Below are positions 58,256-64,000 of a DNA stretch of 64,000 nucleotides, one piece after another (position 1 is the first letter of the stretch; the number at the start of each line of letters is the position of its first letter). A program made the position numbers and the translations under genes. Location: the NCBI GenBank assembly GCA_002503285.1, contig DARI01000013.1:8337-72336 (forward strand), read 5' to 3'. Below the pieces are notes generated by a model. That model did no database searches and had not been told where the DNA came from. It saw nothing but the letters and a program-made list of their open reading frames with translations. Source of the DNA: Euryarchaeota archaeon UBA557. GTDB lineage: Archaea > Thermoplasmatota > Poseidoniia > Poseidoniales > Thalassarchaeaceae.

Positions 58256-60784
58256 TTAATTTCCCATAATTGCCCTATGCACAGAATTTTGAACATCTTT
58301 CATTCTATCTACTGCCCCTAATTCTCTAAAAACTGATAAGGAGCTCTGTAAATAATTCATTCTTTGCGATCGATCAGATTCCACAGCGCCCAATCTAGCT
58401 AATAACTCTCCTTGCATCATCCTAAAATCGTTTGCTTCGGCTACAGCTAATCCTCCAAGATAATGTTTTGAAGCTTCTAAATTTCTTCCTGCATCCATGA
58501 GTACTTGACCCAATAAAATTGAAACTTCGACGACGCTTCTCGGATTATTTTGTTTTGATAATTCTTCTAATGCACCTGAATAATGATGTAATGCTAAGTC
58601 GTTATCTGAAATTTTAGCATAATATCTACCAAGCACCGCTCTTGAGCGCGCGTGGAGAAAATCCTGACCATTATCTTTAGTTTCATCGTATGCAATCAAA
58701 GCATGCTCCCTAGACTTATCTAATTCATTCATTTCTAAAAATGCTGAGGAAAGTCTTATTCTTGCATCGCATAATTCAGGATTTGTTTCTGATTTTAACA
58801 ATTCTTCAACGTTACCATATACCTCTAAGGCATGCCTAGTATCTTTTCTTCTTCGAAAAATATAGCCCATATTGTTATATGATTTTGCAGCCCCTACTGC
58901 ATCCCTTATTGAAATTTGAATTTCTAGAGCTTTTCTATGTAATTCTAAGGCATCATCCATCGCCCCTCTTTTAACTGCGATATCAGCCCTGGCTGAAAGT
59001 AATCTTGATAATTCAGTTATCATGGTATTTTTTCCAATACTTTTCATTGCTGAATCATATTCAATTTCTGCCTCATCCCAACGCCCTTGGAGAGATAATA
59101 TATCGCCCCTTAATTCTCTTATTAATCCCCAACTATTTTTGTTAAAGTCATCAGATTCTAAAGACTTCAAAATCGAGTAAAGCTCTGTGTGACCTGCAGT
59201 GACGAGATTATGACCTTCTGCGAATAATATATCAGATATCTCATCATAATTTCCTGATAAATGAAGATGGTGGATATACTCTATCGTATCTGTAGCGCCA
59301 TTTCTTTTATTTTTATACCATTTAACAGCATTTTCATGTAATTCATACCTTAATGTTTCATCCATTGACCTTACAAGAAATTCCCTTACAAGATCGTGAA
59401 CATCATAAGTTTCGTAATCTGATTGGCGTGCTAATCCTTTTTCAACTAACTTATCCAACATGTCTGTTTCCCTCTCTATTGAATTTATTGCTTCTAGCTG
59501 TACGGGTTCCCTAAATACTGCTATAGCACCTAATAATCTTTTTTCCGGGCCGGATAATCTACTGAATATCTCTTGATCTACAAATGCTTCCAATGTAGAA
59601 TGAAATTTCTCACCAACACTACCTCTGTTTATTAATTCCAGAATTAGAGGATGACCACGTGATAGGGTAAAAATATGATTAAACTGTTGACCTTCGAGAT
59701 CGGAAATAGCAGTTAGTATTTGTTTACTTGAGTCTGCATCTAGTCCCTCTAATGGGATGACCAGAGTAACAATTTTACCACTAGAGTCAGATTCCGGAAC
59801 AACCATCCTAAATGAACGTGAAAACATAACTAAGCCTACTTCAGATAAGTTAGTAATTTTTAATGTCAGGCCCCTCAATAATGAAATTAAAGTCTCATCT
59901 CCAACTTTGTGTAAATCATCGATGACGATCAGGGAGGGAGAATCATCCAACCCTTGACAAATCATATTTACTGCAATTGAAGATTGGGGAACAGGAGTTG
60001 ATGATATGTAATCAGCCAATTCATTATTTCCTATTGCAGATAGCCATTCTGCGCAAGCCTCTAAGAAAGCACGAGAACCTTCCCAATCTTGACATCTATG
60101 ATATAGAAGATTTCTTCTATGTGTAAAACGTTCAAGAAGTTTAGCAGCAAGTGCGGTTTTTCCGATGCCAGCTATACCCGGTACTAATATAGAATTAGAT
60201 TTATTTTCTAAAAGGGCAACCATATTTTCTAATTCACTTTCACGCCCAAAGAACCTCCTTGTCCTAGGCATGTCGTTTAGATAAGAAACTAATTGCTTCT
60301 CTATGTGCTTTGAGAGATCTCTTTCAATTAATTCGGGAGAAAGTGATGACAAATCAACAACGCCGTTATCATCCATGTATCTTAAAAAATCTACATGCCG
60401 TAGTGGTAAATCAGAGATTTCAATAGCATCAGAAAGGATTACATTTTCTGATCTCCCATCAGGTAATAAAAGTCTTATTTTTTGTTGTGAGACTTTGGTC
60501 CAAATTTCATCAGCAACTTTTGCTCCATCCATAGTTAAAAAATACGCCTTTCTCTTCCTTGAAACGCCTGTAACATGAGCTTGTCGTTCTATTAATTGAC
60601 CGCTTTCTTTCATGCCTGAAATTGCCCTAGGAACATTAGAACGGGCAATAGCAACTGCATTTGCTATACCCATTTGAGATAATGCGAATGGTACTTCGAC
60701 TTTACCTGAGTGATCCACATAGTCTCTGAGGTGAAGAAATATCCTCTCCTGAACGCCTGGACGTGCCATAGGGAGTTTGGTCAT
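58256..60784 (-). CDS. wHTH + P-loop STAND/AAA-type NTPase + TPR-repeat protein, probably a signal-integrating transcription regulator
   Basis: The N-terminus is winged-helix-like (LSQMGIANAVAIARSNVPRAISGMKESGQLIERQ...RKRKAYFLT). Walker A is VPGIAGIGKTALA and Walker B is SLIVIDDLH. The C-terminal ~350 aa consist of TPR-like repeats. Confidence 0.75.
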   Translation of the reverse strand: MTKLPMARPGVQERIFLHLRDYVDHSGKVEVPFALSQMGIANAVAIARSNVPRAISGMKESGQLIERQAHVTGVSRKRKAYFLTMDGAKVADEIWTKVSQQKIRLLLPDGRSENVILSDAIEISDLPLRHVDFLRYMDDNGVVDLSSLSPELIERDLSKHIEKQLVSYLNDMPRTRRFFGRESELENMVALLENKSNSILVPGIAGIGKTALAAKLLERFTHRRNLLYHRCQDWEGSRAFLEACAEWLSAIGNNELADYISSTPVPQSSIAVNMICQGLDDSPSLIVIDDLHKVGDETLISLLRGLTLKITNLSEVGLVMFSRSFRMVVPESDSSGKIVTLVIPLEGLDADSSKQILTAISDLEGQQFNHIFTLSRGHPLILELINRGSVGEKFHSTLEAFVDQEIFSRLSGPEKRLLGAIAVFREPVQLEAINSIERETDMLDKLVEKGLARQSDYETYDVHDLVREFLVRSMDETLRYELHENAVKWYKNKRNGATDTIEYIHHLHLSGNYDEISDILFAEGHNLVTAGHTELYSILKSLESDDFNKNSWGLIRELRGDILSLQGRWDEAEIEYDSAMKSIGKNTMITELSRLLSARADIAVKRGAMDDALELHRKALEIQISIRDAVGAAKSYNNMGYIFRRRKDTRHALEVYGNVEELLKSETNPELCDARIRLSSAFLEMNELDKSREHALIAYDETKDNGQDFLHARSRAVLGRYYAKISDNDLALHHYSGALEELSKQNNPRSVVEVSILLGQVLMDAGRNLEASKHYLGGLAVAEANDFRMMQGELLARLGAVESDRSQRMNYLQSSLSVFRELGAVDRMKDVQNSVHRAIMGN

Positions 60785-60886
60785 ATACTCACTCTCACCT
60801 TACTCATACAAGAATGTTAGCGATAGTTGGACCATACAATTATACTTTAGTTACCATAAAAACATTAATCATGATATAGATTGATG

Positions 60887-63800
60887 TCATTCTGAAATAT
60901 GATTAGGATCTTCTATCCATTCTTCATCAACTGTATTCCAAAGCCAACCAGGATGGTCATCGTGTTTCTGCAGTTCTTTTCCGGATTCTAAATTATTTTC
61001 AATTAATTCACTGTCTTCATCTAGAACTTCTACTTCTATGAAGAAATATGCTAATGACGCAAGTGCTATTATGATAATAATTGTAATAAATATATATCCA
61101 ATTGGGAATCCTTTTTCATCTTGTTCTCCTTTGTAAATAATATCAACAGAAATGGAATCTTGTCCTCCCATTGAGAATTCAGGAGTGGCTGATGTGCCTG
61201 GAATTCTAGAAGCAGGGACACCAAGTATCCAAGATGAATCTGCAGATACTAACGTGGTATTTACTGTATTGCCGCCTATGCTTACAGATATTGTTTGACC
61301 CGGGAGTCCGGAACCAGAATAAAGCATAACTCCATCATCATCTACAATATCATTATCCAAAGTAGTAATTATAAATTCTACAGGTTCGACAATAAATGAA
61401 GTAGGATTTGAATTTATCTTTGATCCAAATTGATCAGTTGCGACGAAAATAATATTTGTCAAGGACCATGTAGAAATATCAGTATCATAAAAATTCATGT
61501 CAGTTGGATTATATGTTGCAATTCCGTTGCTATTTACTTTGATTACAATGCCATAATTATCATCATATTCATCTACGCTATTATACACTGATATATATTC
61601 TAAATCGGAATCAACATCATCAAAGAATTGGAGTAAATTTATTGTTGCGGTTGTGCATCTACTAGAAGATTTTGAATTTAAATCGCAATACAACGTGGTG
61701 CTATCTATCCAACCTTCTGAAGTAAAAGTAGGCTGATTATTATTAGCATCTGGAGGATTATCTGCGATTATTTGTACCTCGGACCATCCACTATAATCAT
61801 ATCCATCATATGACCTAAATCTTAATAGATATGGAGAATCATGGTTTAAATTGGATGAGTCCCACGAATAATTCCATTCTCCATTTTCTGAGAAATCTGA
61901 AATTGAATGAGAATGAATTACTATATATTCATTTTCTATATCTTTTATTTCCATATCAACCCTAGAAACATCTCCATCGAAGTCTCTCGCAACACCACTT
62001 ACCAAAGTATTTTCAGAAACTGATAGCCTCATACCACCTGATGGTTCATTTATGTTAATGCTTGGTGCAAGATTAGAATTATCTACAGTCAATGACAGAA
62101 TAATTGGAGAGCAAACATCTATTATCCCATTACAAAAATCAGAATCAGATGCCCAGACTGTGAATGTAAAGGATGCAGAAACTCTTGGTTGCCCGCTAAA
62201 ATCCCAATCCCAGTCCCAAGTACCCCCATCATTTACCTCTATTGGAGTTGTGACTTGAAAGTTTGGGCCTTCTATCAACATGTATATCGAAGTTATATCT
62301 ATATTACATTCCAATGGACAGCCGTAGGGATCAGAAGAATCACCTTCGAAGTGAATAATACCATCGGAATGACTGGATAATGATGCTGGAGTTGAAACTG
62401 AAATAATTGGAGCTTCGGTATTAATTTTAAAAGTTCTAGTAATTATCTCGCTATAATCAGTTCCATCGTATGACCTAAATTCAAAACTATAATCTCCTTC
62501 CTCCCTATTGGACATATCAATTTCAAAATACCATGCACTAAAAGGATGATTGAATCTTGTTACAATGCCATTATCTGCCCCACTCTCGTCAATTGCCATA
62601 CCAGAATTTTGCCATTCGTTTGTAAATGGATCTTTTACTTCAATACGATGAACATACCCTTGTTGATCCCACTGAGCTAATTCATTTGTAGAATAACTAC
62701 TTGCAAGTTGCCCATCGTGTGCGCTACCTGTGACATTCACAATTGACCTATATGAGTGCCCATTGGACTGAGTTATTTCCACCGATGGTGCTAAATTAAC
62801 AAGTTCTATATAATCTTGATAGGTTGATTCATCAAGTGTAAATTCTCCTGTAGCATATCCAAATCCAAAGCGATAAATTGTGTAAAAATATCTTGATAAT
62901 TCGCGAGTACCTTGTGAATTATCACAATCAGAATCATCATTATCGACTGTAAGATCACCATCATTATCTATTCCATCGGAACATGAGTCTTCATATAGAT
63001 CATCAGCAAAACCATCTGGATTATCTCCTCCACCCAATCCTCTAAAATCTAAATGGAAATTAGAAGGAAGAGAAAACCATGGAGTGTACCCATCTAATTT
63101 AGTTAATATCGTGTAAAGATCGTTGCCTAATGCATCTTCTATTAATACTAAGGCATCTGAAACGGCTGCTCCATTAATTAATGCCTGGAATCTTACTAGC
63201 TCCGCCCTGCTCACTTGTACGGCATAATGAGTTGGTTGAGATTCTATAAAAATATTATTTGTATCTAGATTTGATAAATTGGAAAAAGTAAAAACCGTAG
63301 AATTATTGTCCATATTTAGAGCAAGCGGGAAATTACGAGGAATTATATTGTCACAAGCGGGGCAATTTTTTACTGGTGGAACTTCTATTCGAGTTTGAAA
63401 TCCATTTGCGGGCCAAGCTTCTTGATCAGGCCAAGATAATCTTACAGGATATTCTCCAGAAGGAGCTGATGGGATATTTTCAGATTGAACTGTTACAGAA
63501 CTTTTTGTAACGTTATATGTCATTTGAACATTACTCCAAGTATTTTGAGAGAAAAAGGCTAATGAGCCATATTGTAGACTATCGACATATCCATCGTCAT
63601 AGTTAGTAATTAATGCACCCGTAAGTGCACCGTCAAATGTATTTCTTTGAACATCTAACAAAGCACCTTGTGCCATAATAGCATTAGCCTCCCCTGCTGC
63701 AATATTATTATTATGTATTGTAGCTCCAGATCTGAAAACCATAATTGCAGGACATTGGAATTCTCCACCCCACCATTTTGTGCTCGAACACACACCTGTT

Positions 63801-64000
63801 CCATCAGTAGATATTTCATTATTTACTAGATATAAATTTGATATTTGAGTATCAGAATAAAAATATTCACCAGCGATAATAGGTTCTTTATTTGTTTCAG
63901 AGATAGTATTATTTTCTGCCTCTACATCAAACGAACCATAAAGCCAAAGTCCATTAAATCCTTCAATTGGTCCTATGTCATTGTTATGAATTTTGGCTAC
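60887..64000 (-). CDS. Giant surface protein, 5'-truncated by the right edge: beta-helix-like N-terminal region, Ig-like repeats, a C-terminal TM and an acidic tail
   Basis: The track starts at a GTG (63793). My hand translation of 63794-64000 in the same frame finds no stop (...AKIHNNDIGPIEGFNGLWLYGSFDVEAENNTISE...), so the gene continues beyond the window. The C-terminal TM is IGYIFITIIIIIALASLAYFFI. Confidence 0.8.
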   Translation of the reverse strand, partial: VAKIHNNDIGPIEGFNGLWLYGSFDVEAENNTISETNKEPIIAGEYFYSDTQISNLYLVNNEISTDGTGVCSSTKWWGGEFQCPAIMVFRSGATIHNNNIAAGEANAIMAQGALLDVQRNTFDGALTGALITNYDDGYVDSLQYGSLAFFSQNTWSNVQMTYNVTKSSVTVQSENIPSAPSGEYPVRLSWPDQEAWPANGFQTRIEVPPVKNCPACDNIIPRNFPLALNMDNNSTVFTFSNLSNLDTNNIFIESQPTHYAVQVSRAELVRFQALINGAAVSDALVLIEDALGNDLYTILTKLDGYTPWFSLPSNFHLDFRGLGGGDNPDGFADDLYEDSCSDGIDNDGDLTVDNDDSDCDNSQGTRELSRYFYTIYRFGFGYATGEFTLDESTYQDYIELVNLAPSVEITQSNGHSYRSIVNVTGSAHDGQLASSYSTNELAQWDQQGYVHRIEVKDPFTNEWQNSGMAIDESGADNGIVTRFNHPFSAWYFEIDMSNREEGDYSFEFRSYDGTDYSEIITRTFKINTEAPIISVSTPASLSSHSDGIIHFEGDSSDPYGCPLECNIDITSIYMLIEGPNFQVTTPIEVNDGGTWDWDWDFSGQPRVSASFTFTVWASDSDFCNGIIDVCSPIILSLTVDNSNLAPSININEPSGGMRLSVSENTLVSGVARDFDGDVSRVDMEIKDIENEYIVIHSHSISDFSENGEWNYSWDSSNLNHDSPYLLRFRSYDGYDYSGWSEVQIIADNPPDANNNQPTFTSEGWIDSTTLYCDLNSKSSSRCTTATINLLQFFDDVDSDLEYISVYNSVDEYDDNYGIVIKVNSNGIATYNPTDMNFYDTDISTWSLTNIIFVATDQFGSKINSNPTSFIVEPVEFIITTLDNDIVDDDGVMLYSGSGLPGQTISVSIGGNTVNTTLVSADSSWILGVPASRIPGTSATPEFSMGGQDSISVDIIYKGEQDEKGFPIGYIFITIIIIIALASLAYFFIEVEVLDEDSELIENNLESGKELQKHDDHPGWLWNTVDEEWIEDPNHISE

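Overview
This is a low-GC archaeal chromosomal segment. The archaeal assignment rests on the rpoH-rpoB operon, aIF6, RNase P proteins Pop5 and Rpp21, archaeosine synthase, uS15, type II GAPDH and archaeal-type PheT and GluRS. Three things suggest a marine planktonic Thermoplasmatota-like (MGII/MGIII-type) organism, by inference only: an unsplit rpoB, a 23S-5S unit with no 16S nearby, and several giant exported proteins. Most of the window is housekeeping: transcription and translation genes, one tRNA-Lys, 23S and 5S rRNA, a methylmalonyl/propionyl-CoA gene set, asnB, ogt, adk, gap, dnaJ, rnhB, pheT and gltX. Three very large surface or secreted proteins are interleaved with these: a 1602-aa subtilase, a 1906-aa TSP3-repeat/propeller protein, and a beta-helix protein of more than 1000 aa that is cut by the right edge. 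The most unusual locus is 7620-14378, a cytochrome b6f-type operon. It encodes a Tat-Rieske protein and a cytochrome b6 with the CLGG haem-ci cysteine. Its subunit-IV gene is fused through extra TM helices and an exported domain to a cytoplasmic HdrD/GlpC-like 2x[4Fe-4S] + 2xCCG module. No ORF in the operon has a c-type haem motif. Other oddities are a methyltransferase::biotin-ligase fusion, an RpoH with a long N-terminal extension, a short divergent FtsZ paralogue, a GC-rich non-coding island next to tRNA-Lys, and a possible degenerate RecJ/Cdc45-like gene downstream of rps15. I found no CRISPR array, transposase, integrase or prophage-like block. CDS coordinates follow the supplied maximal-ORF track, which renders TTG and GTG starts as M. 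Likely true starts are given in the evidence fields.
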